Below, in pieces: positions 26,641-36,047 of a stretch of DNA of 64,000 nucleotides (position 1 is its first letter; each line of letters opens with the position of its first letter). The stretch comes from Candidatus Latescibacterota bacterium (GTDB lineage: Bacteria; Latescibacterota; UBA2968): positions 448,001 through 512,000 of the forward strand of contig OZ241986.1 of the NCBI GenBank assembly GCA_965204375.1, given 5' to 3'. Made by a program: the position numbers and the translations under genes. Below the pieces are notes generated by a model that was given only the letters and a program-made list of their open reading frames with translations, was not told the origin of the DNA and ran no database searches.

Positions 26641-27399
26641 TTATGTCGATCTTTGCCCCAGTTTGACGCGATCGTACGAATCGGGATCATTTCGGACAAT
26701 ATCGAGCAAGTGGTCAACATACGCGCGAATTTGGAACAGACGGCACGAGGCGTCCCCAACCTTGCCTGTCTCCAAAATGCCCAAACGATCCCAGACTTCA
26801 CCCAGTCGAACCCGGTCGAGCCAGATAAATTCGGTATCGGGGTTCTCTTTTAGTCGCTCATTCCAGAACATCACTTCTACGACGTGGATATATGTGGATG
26901 AGTGGTAGTCAACGCCGAGCATCAGGATTTTGCCGTTCTGTTCGTAGGCACGGATCATGGGGGAATTTGTACCATACGTCTTTCCCCAGGGGGAACGGTC
27001 CCAGGGAGATGTCAGACCTTCCCCTGATAGATGACCAGCAACAAAATTTTTGGCACCTTGTCCGCGTGCTGCCACAGAGTGGGAATAGTGGTCGGATCTG
27101 TGTGTCCCCGGCATCAACCTGAAATACTCGGTCAACCAACCGACTGAGGATTCTGTTTTTTTCAGGTCCCAGGAACTCGCCCGCTGCTCTCGATCACCGA
27201 TCAGATTGAATGATGGCATCAGGAGTAAACCATTGGTACCCAGTGCGTTCTCGAGCGCGGCGACGACTGTTTCCGATCCACCATGGACCATACCCAGGCT
27301 CTTGAATGAGGAATGGACGAAGAGTGTATCGCCGATTTCGACGCCAAGGGTCTTTAGGTCGTCACTAAGCTGCGCTGCGGTGTATCCCAAATTGGGCAT
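26641..27399 (-). CDS. AAC(3) family N-acetyltransferase
   Basis: VHSSFKSLG, LLMPSF, RSDHYSHSVAARG and LGV...STYIH..E motifs. Confidence 0.9.
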   Translation of the reverse strand: MPNLGYTAAQLSDDLKTLGVEIGDTLFVHSSFKSLGMVHGGSETVVAALENALGTNGLLLMPSFNLIGDREQRASSWDLKKTESSVGWLTEYFRLMPGTHRSDHYSHSVAARGQGAKNFVAGHLSGEGLTSPWDRSPWGKTYGTNSPMIRAYEQNGKILMLGVDYHSSTYIHVVEVMFWNERLKENPDTEFIWLDRVRLGEVWDRLGILETGKVGDASCRLFQIRAYVDHLLDIVRNDPDSYDRVKLGQRST

Positions 27400-27426
27400 G
27401 TTATCGGTCTTTCCTTCTTTCTATAA

Positions 27427-27469
27427 AAAAAGCGGAGAAATCTACTGGATTTCTCCGCTCTCTTTTTTT
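27427..27469. repeat. Palindromic element / terminator of the act-cox operon, copy 2
   Basis: aaaaagcggagaaatc-tactg-gatttctccgctctctttttt. Confidence 0.8.
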
Positions 27470-27479
27470 GTTCATCTTG

Positions 27480-27797
27480 TTACTGCAAATAGTGGCTCGC
27501 TGGCATGCCCAACCAGCCGCGACTGACGTAATCTGCCATTGCAAAGGCAAATAGGATCAGCAAAAACAAAATACCTGCACCTGCGAGCAACCAGGTCAAT
27601 CGGCTGGCGTATTTGACGTGCATAAAAAACAGAATCACAATCGTGGCTTTTGTGCAGGCGATACCGAGTGCTACCACATCATTAAACATGCCCAATTCTT
27701 GATAAGCCACCCAAACCGTTAGCGCGGTTAAAAACATCAAGGAGGCAAATACCGCCAGATAAATGCGTACAGTCGGGCCGTGGTGATCATCAGCCAT
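27480..27797 (-). CDS. ctaF: Cytochrome c oxidase subunit IV (caa3-type)
   Basis: LTALTV, IACTKATIVILFFMHVKY; last gene of the cox operon. Confidence 0.85.
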   Translation of the reverse strand: MADDHHGPTVRIYLAVFASLMFLTALTVWVAYQELGMFNDVVALGIACTKATIVILFFMHVKYASRLTWLLAGAGILFLLILFAFAMADYVSRGWLGMPASHYLQ

Positions 27798-28468
27798 CAG
27801 TGTCCTCCCTGTAAGCCGAGAAGATAGAGCAGTGGAAATAGGAAAATCCAGACAATATCGACAAAGTGCCAATACAGACCAAATATTTCAATAGGGGCGT
27901 TGTATTCAGCCGTGTACGTCCCCTGTGCAGTTTTAACAAATACCCAGATCAACAGGCCAATGCCAATAATCATATGCAGGGCATGCATCCCGGTCATTCC
28001 GAAATAGAGAGAATAGAAGAGAGCCAGTTGGGGCGAGTTTTCACCGTGCGGATGCCATGCCAGACCAGGGACCAAACCGTACTCGATTTTTGCGGAGTAT
28101 TCAAAATATTTGACCACCAAAAAGGTAAGACCTAAGATTCCGGTCAGAGTCAGATAGACCAGTATCCCTCTTTTACTCCCTTCGTGGGACTTGTGTACGG
28201 CCATCGCCATTGTCAGGCTGCTGACAATCAACACTATGGTATTAAATGCTCCCAGAGGAATATCCAGGTGGCTACTGCCTTCAAAAAATGCCTCGGGATA
28301 ATAGGAACGGTAGATCAGATACGTCGCAAAGAAGCCTCCAAAAAACAGAATTTCCGTAATCAGAAAGCTCCACATGCCGATGACGGCAGATTCCTTCTGC
28401 TGCGGCATATCCTCGAACTGGTGAGCCAGTCCGTGCGGGTGATCGTGATGTAATGCGTGATCGGCCAT
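27797..28468 (-). CDS. ctaE: Cytochrome c oxidase subunit III
   Basis: FLITEILFFGG, TGMHALH and GLYWHFVDIVW motifs. Confidence 0.93.
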   Translation of the reverse strand: MADHALHHDHPHGLAHQFEDMPQQKESAVIGMWSFLITEILFFGGFFATYLIYRSYYPEAFFEGSSHLDIPLGAFNTIVLIVSSLTMAMAVHKSHEGSKRGILVYLTLTGILGLTFLVVKYFEYSAKIEYGLVPGLAWHPHGENSPQLALFYSLYFGMTGMHALHMIIGIGLLIWVFVKTAQGTYTAEYNAPIEIFGLYWHFVDIVWIFLFPLLYLLGLQGGH

Positions 28469-30099
28469 TAGTGCTCCTCAATTGGTCCGTACTCATAAGC
28501 TTCTTCTGTCACGAGAGGCGTTTCTTCAAAATTAAATGTGGGCGGTGGGGAGGTCGTTTCCCACTCCAGACCTTTGGCTCCCCAGGGGTTATCAGGTGCT
28601 TTTGGTCCCTTAAAGATCGACCAGGTCAAATACGCGCCGGGAACCAGATATCCAAGGGCGAGAATTGACGCACCCATAGACGATGCCACATTCAAGACCT
28701 GAAATTCGTCGGGATAGACGTGATAACGCCTCGGCATGCCCATATACCCCAGAATGAACTGCGGGAAAAATGTCAGATTAAAACCGAGAAATACCAGCAG
28801 GGCTGAAACGCGTCCCCAGATATCGGGGAACATCTTACCCGTAATTTTCGGCCACCAGAAGTGCATGCCCCCCAGATATCCCATCACCTGACCGCCAACC
28901 ATAATATAGTGGAAGTGCGCCACCACAAAATATGTGTCGTGCAGGTGAATATCCAGGCCCATACTCGACAAAAATAGTCCGGTTAAACCACCAACTAAAA
29001 ATAAGCCCAGATACCCGTACACGTAAAACATCGCGGTGTCATATACAATAGACCCTTTGTATAAGGTCGCTGTCCAGTTAAATGTTTTGATTGCAGAGGG
29101 TACGGCTACCAAAAATGTGATGATGGAGAACACCATGCCGGCATAAGTCGATTGGCTGCTCACAAACATGTGGTGGCCCCATACCAGGAATCCCAAAATT
29201 GCGATGGCTACACTTGAAAACGCGACAAATTCATATCCAAAGACGCGCTTGCGCGCCACAGAGGCTACCATTTCGCTCATCACGCCCATTGAAGGCAAGA
29301 TCATGATATAAACGGCTGGATGAGAATAGAACCAGAACAAATGCTGGAATAAGACGGGGTCGCCACCGAGATTCGGGTCGAAAAACCCAAATCCAAATCC
29401 GCGCTCGAGCATGAGCAGCACCAGCGTAATTGCGATAACGGGTGTGCCCAATAGCATAATCAAGCTGGTGGCATAATGCGACCAGACAAATAGCGGTAGG
29501 CGGAACCAGGTCATCCCAGGCGCGCGCATGGTGTGGATTGTCACCACAAAGTTGAGTCCCGTCAGAATGGACGAGAAACCCGCCATAAAAGCGGCCATAG
29601 CGGCCAGAATCACATTTGAGTTTGAATAGGTGCTACTATACGGCGTATAAAAAGTCCAACCCGTATCAACGCCGCCACCGACCACGGCAATTGTTCCCAA
29701 AATGCCTGCAACGACATAAACATACCAGCTCAAAAGATTGACGCGCGGAAAAGCCAGATCTTTTGCGCCAACCATTATGGGGACTAAAAAGTTGCCGATG
29801 GTTGCGGGAATGGATGGCACCAAAAAGAAAAAGACCATAATGATGCCGTGCATTGAGAAAACTTTGTTATAAGTATCCGAAGACATCAAATCGCCTTCGG
29901 GGGTCATCAGTTCAAAGCGAACCAGACTGGCAAATAACCCACCCAGGGCGAAAAAGATGGAAATCGAAATAATGTACAAAACGGCAATGCGCTTGTGGTC
30001 TCTGGTCAACAACCAGGACTTCAGTCCATAACCGTTATTCAGATAATTGACGCTCGGCGCATCTTCAGACGCTTGAACATCTTGCTCGGTGATTGCCAT
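28468..30099 (-). CDS. ctaD: Cytochrome c oxidase subunit I (A2-type heme-copper oxidase)
   Basis: DHKRI, YSHPAVY, WGHHM, VAHFHY and MPRRY motifs. Confidence 0.97.
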   Translation of the reverse strand: MAITEQDVQASEDAPSVNYLNNGYGLKSWLLTRDHKRIAVLYIISISIFFALGGLFASLVRFELMTPEGDLMSSDTYNKVFSMHGIIMVFFFLVPSIPATIGNFLVPIMVGAKDLAFPRVNLLSWYVYVVAGILGTIAVVGGGVDTGWTFYTPYSSTYSNSNVILAAMAAFMAGFSSILTGLNFVVTIHTMRAPGMTWFRLPLFVWSHYATSLIMLLGTPVIAITLVLLMLERGFGFGFFDPNLGGDPVLFQHLFWFYSHPAVYIMILPSMGVMSEMVASVARKRVFGYEFVAFSSVAIAILGFLVWGHHMFVSSQSTYAGMVFSIITFLVAVPSAIKTFNWTATLYKGSIVYDTAMFYVYGYLGLFLVGGLTGLFLSSMGLDIHLHDTYFVVAHFHYIMVGGQVMGYLGGMHFWWPKITGKMFPDIWGRVSALLVFLGFNLTFFPQFILGYMGMPRRYHVYPDEFQVLNVASSMGASILALGYLVPGAYLTWSIFKGPKAPDNPWGAKGLEWETTSPPPTFNFEETPLVTEEAYEYGPIEEH

Positions 30100-30105
30100 G
30101 ACGCA

Positions 30106-31056
30106 TCACTCCATACTCGTGAGTTCGGGGGCTTTCAGCGATTTGATATAGGCGATTAACTGAATGATCCCTTCTTCGCTGATCTGACCTTTGAAAGTTG
30201 GCATAATGGGTTTGTATCCGGCCATGATCTTGGCGGAAGGGTTCAGAATTGATTCTCGAATATAGGCTTCGTCAACCAATGCAGTACCGCCGCCTTCCAA
30301 AGCCACTGTTTTGCCAAAGAGACCCGCCAGAGATGGCCCGCGTCCCGTCCCGTCCATCTTGTGGCAGGTGTGACAGGCGTATTGTTCAAACAATCTTTCT
30401 CCGGCCACTTCCATTGGTTCATTCGCAGTCCCGCCAGTCAACCAGGCTTCGTAATCTTGAGGTTCCAGGACATGTACTGTTCCAATCATACGCGAATGCT
30501 CAGTGCCGCAAAATTCGGCGCAAAACAGATGATATGAACCGACCTGCGTTGCTTTAAACCACAAATTGGTATATCGCCCGGGCACCACATCCTTTTTGAC
30601 GCGAAAGGCGGGGATATAAAAACTGTGCAACACATCTTCCGCTGTCATGGTCAGGCGTACCGATTCACCCAGAGGCACGTGTAATTCGTTGATCTCTTTT
30701 TTGCCTTCTGGATGTTGCAATTTCCACATCCACTGTTTGCCCACCACATATATTTCCATGGCGTTTGGCGGAGGTGTAATTAGATGGAAATACAATACGG
30801 TTGCCCACACAAATACACCCAGTGCGAGTACCGCAGGAATGGCAGTCCAAAATATCTCGAGGCCGAGATGTCCCGCAATTTGTCGCGGCACTTCGTCGTC
30901 CGATTTGCGCTGATACTTAATCGCAAAAATAACCACCAAAATAACAACTACGAGCGCGAAAAACACGCACAGTGCCAAGATGCCAAAATAAAGTGCGTCA
31001 ACGTGAAAGGCAAAACTCGAAGCTTGATCAGGAAAAAGAGGAAAATCAGTCTGCAT
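30106..31056 (-). CDS. ctaC: Cytochrome c oxidase subunit II with fused cytochrome c
   Basis: CuA site DVLH...CAEFCGTEHSRM; C-terminal CHTCH. Confidence 0.95.
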   Translation of the reverse strand: MQTDFPLFPDQASSFAFHVDALYFGILALCVFFALVVVILVVIFAIKYQRKSDDEVPRQIAGHLGLEIFWTAIPAVLALGVFVWATVLYFHLITPPPNAMEIYVVGKQWMWKLQHPEGKKEINELHVPLGESVRLTMTAEDVLHSFYIPAFRVKKDVVPGRYTNLWFKATQVGSYHLFCAEFCGTEHSRMIGTVHVLEPQDYEAWLTGGTANEPMEVAGERLFEQYACHTCHKMDGTGRGPSLAGLFGKTVALEGGGTALVDEAYIRESILNPSAKIMAGYKPIMPTFKGQISEEGIIQLIAYIKSLKAPELTSME

Positions 31057-31104
31057 GTGCCAACTCAGAAGTTAGAGGTCCGATGGACTTTTCTTGTTGA
31101 GGTG

Positions 31105-31908
31105 TTAATTCGCCTGCAATGGCGACCGCTCTCGGCGCACCATAAGAAAAATAAATGTCAAAATACAAATTACAGTAATCACGCCAGCAATGCGAACCAG
31201 GCGATAAATTGCCAGCGTATATTTGCCAGTCAATGGATTGTACTGAAAACAATATAGCAAAATCGCATCAATCGGAGAACTGATCTGATCTTGTGCGGCT
31301 TCTAAAAGCCCCAGTTGCAAATCCCGCGGCGCAAATTCGACCCCAAATAAATACCGCGCGATTTTTCCATTGGGTGTCAAAATTACAATCCCGCTGGCGT
31401 GAACGTATTCGTCTGTTTCGGGATCGTATATGTAGCGATATCCAATAGCCTCGGTCAATGCGTCTATTGATGCCTGGTCTCCCGTGAGAAAATGCCATCC
31501 ATTTTCTCCACCTTCTCGACCATATCCATCGACGTAATTCACCTTTTTTGCCGCTGCCAATTCCGAATATTCGTCGGGATCAATGCTAAATGTCACCACT
31601 ACAAAATCTCGTCCGGCATTGGGTGATACGGGACGCAATCCCGACAATAAACCATTCAAAATCTGCGTACACAACATGGGGCATTCATAATATGCGGGCA
31701 CTAAAATAACGGGATGCTCATCCAAATATCGCGCCAGCATAACATCTGTGCCCGTTTCATCGCGGAACTTCAAATTTACCGGCACTGATGCGCCCAATTT
31801 CTGGTCAATCCCAACGGAATCCAACACTGTGGGATTCGGCGTGAGGTCTTGTGCCCACGCGACCCTGGTGAAGCACATCAGCGTGATACAGGCGAATAAG
31901 ACGCGCAT
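31105..31908 (-). CDS. SCO family copper chaperone
   Basis: CPMLC motif plus conserved His; signal peptide and C-terminal TM. Confidence 0.9.
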   Translation of the reverse strand: MRVLFACITLMCFTRVAWAQDLTPNPTVLDSVGIDQKLGASVPVNLKFRDETGTDVMLARYLDEHPVILVPAYYECPMLCTQILNGLLSGLRPVSPNAGRDFVVVTFSIDPDEYSELAAAKKVNYVDGYGREGGENGWHFLTGDQASIDALTEAIGYRYIYDPETDEYVHASGIVILTPNGKIARYLFGVEFAPRDLQLGLLEAAQDQISSPIDAILLYCFQYNPLTGKYTLAIYRLVRIAGVITVICILTFIFLMVRRERSPLQAN

Positions 31909-31911
31909 GTT

Positions 31912-32289
31912 TTACTCTCGCACCGGGAACCCTCGTTCGAGAACCAGGTCTATTGCTCGCTCAATTGGAAGATGCACAATCTCGGCATCCCTATCTACCC
32001 AACCGTATTCGGTAAGCGTGCGATTGGTTTCGGCACGCACTTGCGTCAGTTCAGCAGAGGGTACGGTCTGAATCAGCGGTCCTTGATAGGGCTTTTGATG
32101 AGCAGCCATGGGCGGCGGATCATCTGTCATATAAATCACGGCTTGTTCCAGACCGAGAAACATGGCCCACATAGCGATGAAAGACAGAATGGCTACGGCT
32201 ATGATTCCCGCAGTGGCAGCGAGAATTGGGCCAATGTTGAGATGATAGTCTTCGTAGCCCTTTTCGCGGGCATTGTGCTTTTCTGCCAT
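31912..32289 (-). CDS. Small single-TM protein, ActG-like
   Basis: One TM helix; YGWVD...HLPIERAI motif; located between actF and SCO. Confidence 0.7.
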   Translation of the reverse strand: MAEKHNAREKGYEDYHLNIGPILAATAGIIAVAILSFIAMWAMFLGLEQAVIYMTDDPPPMAAHQKPYQGPLIQTVPSAELTQVRAETNRTLTEYGWVDRDAEIVHLPIERAIDLVLERGFPVRE

Positions 32290-32290
32290 A

Positions 32291-33484
32291 TCAGTGACCT
32301 TCTCCGGCAAAGGTTTCCGCCATGCGTGGATCGTGCAATGGCATCAGCGGCACACCTTTTAGCTGCATCGCAAAAAATCCCAACCACAAGCCGCCAATAC
32401 TGACGAGGACCAGCGCATCCAGCAAAAAACCATACCATATACCGTCAGAACCACCGTGGGCAAAAGCCGGTGTAATAAAATAATAAAGATCGACATAGCG
32501 CATAATCAACATAAAAATTGCGATAACCGTCATAAGCGCGGCACGGCGTTTGATTGCCCGCTGCAATAATAAAAAGAATGGCACGAAAAAGTGAAAAATA
32601 ATCAACGCAGTTCCCACATATTGCCAACCGCCATGTGATCGGCGAATGTACCAGGGGGCTTCCTCGGCCAGGTTGCCAGACCACGTAATCAAAAACTGGG
32701 AAAAACTCACATAAGCCCATAGACAAGTAAATGCAAACATCAGAGTGCCCAGGTCGCTCAAATATTTGAATGCATCAACTTCTCGATATACCTCGACATC
32801 CTTTAATTTGATCACCCACAAGATGCACAGTGCCATGGCACCCAATGCGCCGCCCACCACAAAAATTAAGCCGTAGATCGTCGAAAACCAGTGCGGTTCC
32901 AAAGACATGACCCAATCGGTTGCAGCAAATGTAACGGTCAAGATAAACATGGGAATCCCGGGGCCGCTCAGGTTAATCATCCGCCTTTTTAGGCCCGGTT
33001 CGCCGGTTTCATCTTGCTCGCGCGACCATTTTGTCAGCAAAAACATCCAGAGTAGCCACAGGGCAAAATAAACGACTGCGCGAATATAAAATCCCGTCTC
33101 ATTCAAATACGGCTTCTTAAAGGTCAAAATTGGATCTTTGGCCACGACATCTGCATGTGTCCATTCGTACAAATGGTACATCCCCAGAAGCGCAATGGGA
33201 ATAAACAGGACAGCCATAAGCCACAGTGTGCGTGCACCCGACTCCAATAACCGCCGGATGACAAATCCCCACCGCCCGCTGACCAGATGGTGCAACATCA
33301 ACAATCCCAGACAGCCCAGAGAAATGACCAACCAGTAGATATAGCCAACGAGATACGATTGAAAAAATTGCTGAGAATCGGCAAAGGCACCAATAAATAG
33401 AAGCACTATACCACAGGCACCTGCCAGAAGGCCCCATTGCTGCACTTTATCTACAAACGGATGGTTGAAGGTTTCAGTAGCCAT
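32291..33484 (-). CDS. actF: Alternative complex III membrane subunit F
   Basis: DWVMSLEPHWFSTIYG and FSQFLITWSGNL motifs; about 10 TM. Confidence 0.9.
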   Translation of the reverse strand: MATETFNHPFVDKVQQWGLLAGACGIVLLFIGAFADSQQFFQSYLVGYIYWLVISLGCLGLLMLHHLVSGRWGFVIRRLLESGARTLWLMAVLFIPIALLGMYHLYEWTHADVVAKDPILTFKKPYLNETGFYIRAVVYFALWLLWMFLLTKWSREQDETGEPGLKRRMINLSGPGIPMFILTVTFAATDWVMSLEPHWFSTIYGLIFVVGGALGAMALCILWVIKLKDVEVYREVDAFKYLSDLGTLMFAFTCLWAYVSFSQFLITWSGNLAEEAPWYIRRSHGGWQYVGTALIIFHFFVPFFLLLQRAIKRRAALMTVIAIFMLIMRYVDLYYFITPAFAHGGSDGIWYGFLLDALVLVSIGGLWLGFFAMQLKGVPLMPLHDPRMAETFAGEGH

Positions 33485-33490
33485 AATATC

Positions 33491-34117
33491 CTACTCGTTT
33501 TCAAGCCGCTGACGCACATCGGCAGGGACATCGTCCAGCGTGGCGTTTTGGCTCAGTTGCAACGCCTGAATATAGGCTATAATAGCCCATCGATCTCGCG
33601 GTTTGATACGCGATGCATAGCTATACATTGCGCCAAAACCGTTGGTCATGACATCAAAAAAGTAACCCGGTGTTTCATTCTGCAGCCGTTCAATATGGTA
33701 TGATGGGGGTTGCTTCATGCCGCGGCGCACCACCATCCCACGCCCATCACCTTCATGTCCATGGCAGGGAGTACAGTAAATATTGTAGCGTTCTCTGCCA
33801 CGGAGAATCACATCGCGCGTAATGGGAAAGGGAAAAGTCTCCGCTGGTTTACCATCTACCATCCCGGTATATAAATGCGCGTCTGTACGCAAATGCCCGC
33901 GTGCAACCGTACCTTTTATCCATGGTCGAGAGGCCCGGTTATCCGCGAAAAAAGTATTTTTTTCCAGCGGTTCAAATCTCGACTGGTTGTACATTTCTTG
34001 CCGCAAACGCTCGATATCTGTCGTACCTTCACACCCCATTATCATAAAGAGTGCGAGTACCAGTCTCACGGGATGGGCAATTTTTACCCAATTAGCTAAT
34101 TTACGGTTCGACATCAT
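33491..34117 (-). CDS. actE: Alternative complex III monoheme cytochrome c lipoprotein
   Basis: Lipobox-like IMGC, MYNQ, CTPCH. Confidence 0.9.
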   Translation of the reverse strand: MMSNRKLANWVKIAHPVRLVLALFMIMGCEGTTDIERLRQEMYNQSRFEPLEKNTFFADNRASRPWIKGTVARGHLRTDAHLYTGMVDGKPAETFPFPITRDVILRGRERYNIYCTPCHGHEGDGRGMVVRRGMKQPPSYHIERLQNETPGYFFDVMTNGFGAMYSYASRIKPRDRWAIIAYIQALQLSQNATLDDVPADVRQRLENE

Positions 34118-34634
34118 CTACCTTTTTTGCTTTCAGGCTTTCGAGAAATGCACGGGTTTCGGAAATATCAAATTTGGGATCTTCGGCTTCGATACACAAA
34201 AAGAATCCATCGCCAGAAGCGCGTTCAAAATTGGGGACATTGAAAACCGGGTGATAGGGACGCGGCAAACCATTGAGGATGAGCATGCCAATCAATGCAC
34301 CGAAAGCGGAAAATAGCACGCCGAGTTCAAATGTCACGGGAATAAAAGAGGGCCAGCTCAAAAGGGGCCGACCTCCGACATTGAGCGGATAGTCGATTAC
34401 AGATACCCAGTACTGAAGCCCAAAGCCGGAACAGGCACCGAGAAGCGCACAGATCAACACAATGATGGGCACGCGGTGCTTGTCATAACCCATTGATTCC
34501 GACAAATCGTGTATCGGCATTGGAGAATAAGCATCCATCTTGCGATACCCTTCTGCATATGAATCTTTCGCAGCTTTGAGCAATTCGTCGGGACCATCAA
34601 ATTCGGCCAAAAGACCGTATAATTTTTCAGCCAT
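34101..34634 (-). CDS. actD: Alternative complex III subunit D (DUF3341)
   Basis: DAYSPMPIH, YPLNVGGRP and PVTFELGVL motifs. Confidence 0.92.
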   Translation of the reverse strand: MAEKLYGLLAEFDGPDELLKAAKDSYAEGYRKMDAYSPMPIHDLSESMGYDKHRVPIIVLICALLGACSGFGLQYWVSVIDYPLNVGGRPLLSWPSFIPVTFELGVLFSAFGALIGMLILNGLPRPYHPVFNVPNFERASGDGFFLCIEAEDPKFDISETRAFLESLKAKKVDDVEP

Positions 34635-34646
34635 AATCACACCCGT

Positions 34647-36047
34647 TTAATCATCGGCAGAAGCCGTTTCCGCATGTTCTCCATGGCTTTTGTTTGCCAC
34701 CAACTGGCGGATTTCAAAAATGTTAATGACGGGCATCACCCGAATAAACAGGATCATCATAAAGAGGAAAAATCCAATTGTGCCTGCGTACAATCCCCAG
34801 TCCCACGGCGTTGAGTGATACATGTCCCAGGACGAAGGCATAAAGTCGCGGTGGAGACTGGTCACCACAATGATAAATCGCTCGAGCCACATCCCGACAT
34901 TGATGAACATCGAAATGATGAACAGCCATAGCGGACTCAGGCGCACCTTTTTAATCCACAACAATTGGGGAATAGCTACATTGCACAAGATCAGTGACCA
35001 GTAAGTACCGGAATAAGGGCCAAATGTGCGATTCTGCATCATATAGCCTTCGTAAGGGCTGGCACTATACCAGGCAAAAAACTGCTCCATCGCATAGCCA
35101 TAAGCCACAATGAGTCCGGTGGCGAGCATCACCTTGCCCATATTATTCAGATGGCGGTCAGTGATATAATCGTGCAATCCGTAAAAGTAGCGAATGGGTA
35201 GCCCCAGCGTCAGCACCATTGCAAAACCGGCATATACGGCACCCGCCACAAAATAGGGTGGGAAGATGGTTGCATGCCAGCCGGGAATCAGGCCTACGGA
35301 AAAGTCCAAACTCACGATGGAGTGTACGGACAGCACCAGCGGCGTCGATACACCCGCCAAAAGAAGCGAGGCCATTTCATAGTTAAACCAGTGCTTGGCG
35401 GATCCGCGCCATCCCATTGACAACACGCCGTATATGATCTGTGAAATTTTGTGTTTGGCCTTGTCGCGCAGGGTGGCAAAATCGGGGATCAGGCCCAGAT
35501 ACCAGAAGATCAGGGATACTGTAAAGTAGGTGCCAACGGCAAATACGTCCCATATCAACGGACTGCGGAACTGCGGCCACACAGACATTGTATTGGGATA
35601 GGGCAACAGCCAGTAAGCCGCCACCCAGGGACGCCCCGTGTGCAACAGTGGAAACATACCTGCGCACATGACGGCAAAAATGGTCATGGCTTCGGCAAAT
35701 CGGTTGATCGAATTGCGCCATTGCTGACGCATGAGCAACAAAATAGCGGAAATCAATGTGCCCGCATGTCCAATACCGATCCACCAGACAAAGTTGATAA
35801 TTGCCCAGCCCCAGCCAACGGGAATATTTAAGCCCCAGATGCCAGTCCCTTTGATCAGTAGCCAGGTCGCAGACAACATCAACAACTGCAGGATACCGCC
35901 TGCAATCAACATCGCTGCAATCCATCCCAAAGGCGTGCGGCTGGTGATGATCGCACTGAGTTTCTGCGTTACCGTTGTATAGGTTTGCCCCGGACCGAGC
36001 ACCGGCGCTGGCATCGTCGGGTCGTTTATAGGTGCAGGACTACCCAT
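34647..36047 (-). CDS. actC: Alternative complex III NrfD-family quinol-binding subunit C
   Basis: FVWWIGIGHAGTLISA, HTGRPW, SPLIWD and GMWLER motifs. Confidence 0.95.
   Translation of the reverse strand: MGSPAPINDPTMPAPVLGPGQTYTTVTQKLSAIITSRTPLGWIAAMLIAGGILQLLMLSATWLLIKGTGIWGLNIPVGWGWAIINFVWWIGIGHAGTLISAILLLMRQQWRNSINRFAEAMTIFAVMCAGMFPLLHTGRPWVAAYWLLPYPNTMSVWPQFRSPLIWDVFAVGTYFTVSLIFWYLGLIPDFATLRDKAKHKISQIIYGVLSMGWRGSAKHWFNYEMASLLLAGVSTPLVLSVHSIVSLDFSVGLIPGWHATIFPPYFVAGAVYAGFAMVLTLGLPIRYFYGLHDYITDRHLNNMGKVMLATGLIVAYGYAMEQFFAWYSASPYEGYMMQNRTFGPYSGTYWSLILCNVAIPQLLWIKKVRLSPLWLFIISMFINVGMWLERFIIVVTSLHRDFMPSSWDMYHSTPWDWGLYAGTIGFFLFMMILFIRVMPVINIFEIRQLVANKSHGEHAETASADD

Noticed and set aside
26641-27399. 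Clinical aminoglycoside resistance gene
   Set aside because: The AAC(3)/YokD family is broad; no integron or transposase context, and the substrate cannot be inferred
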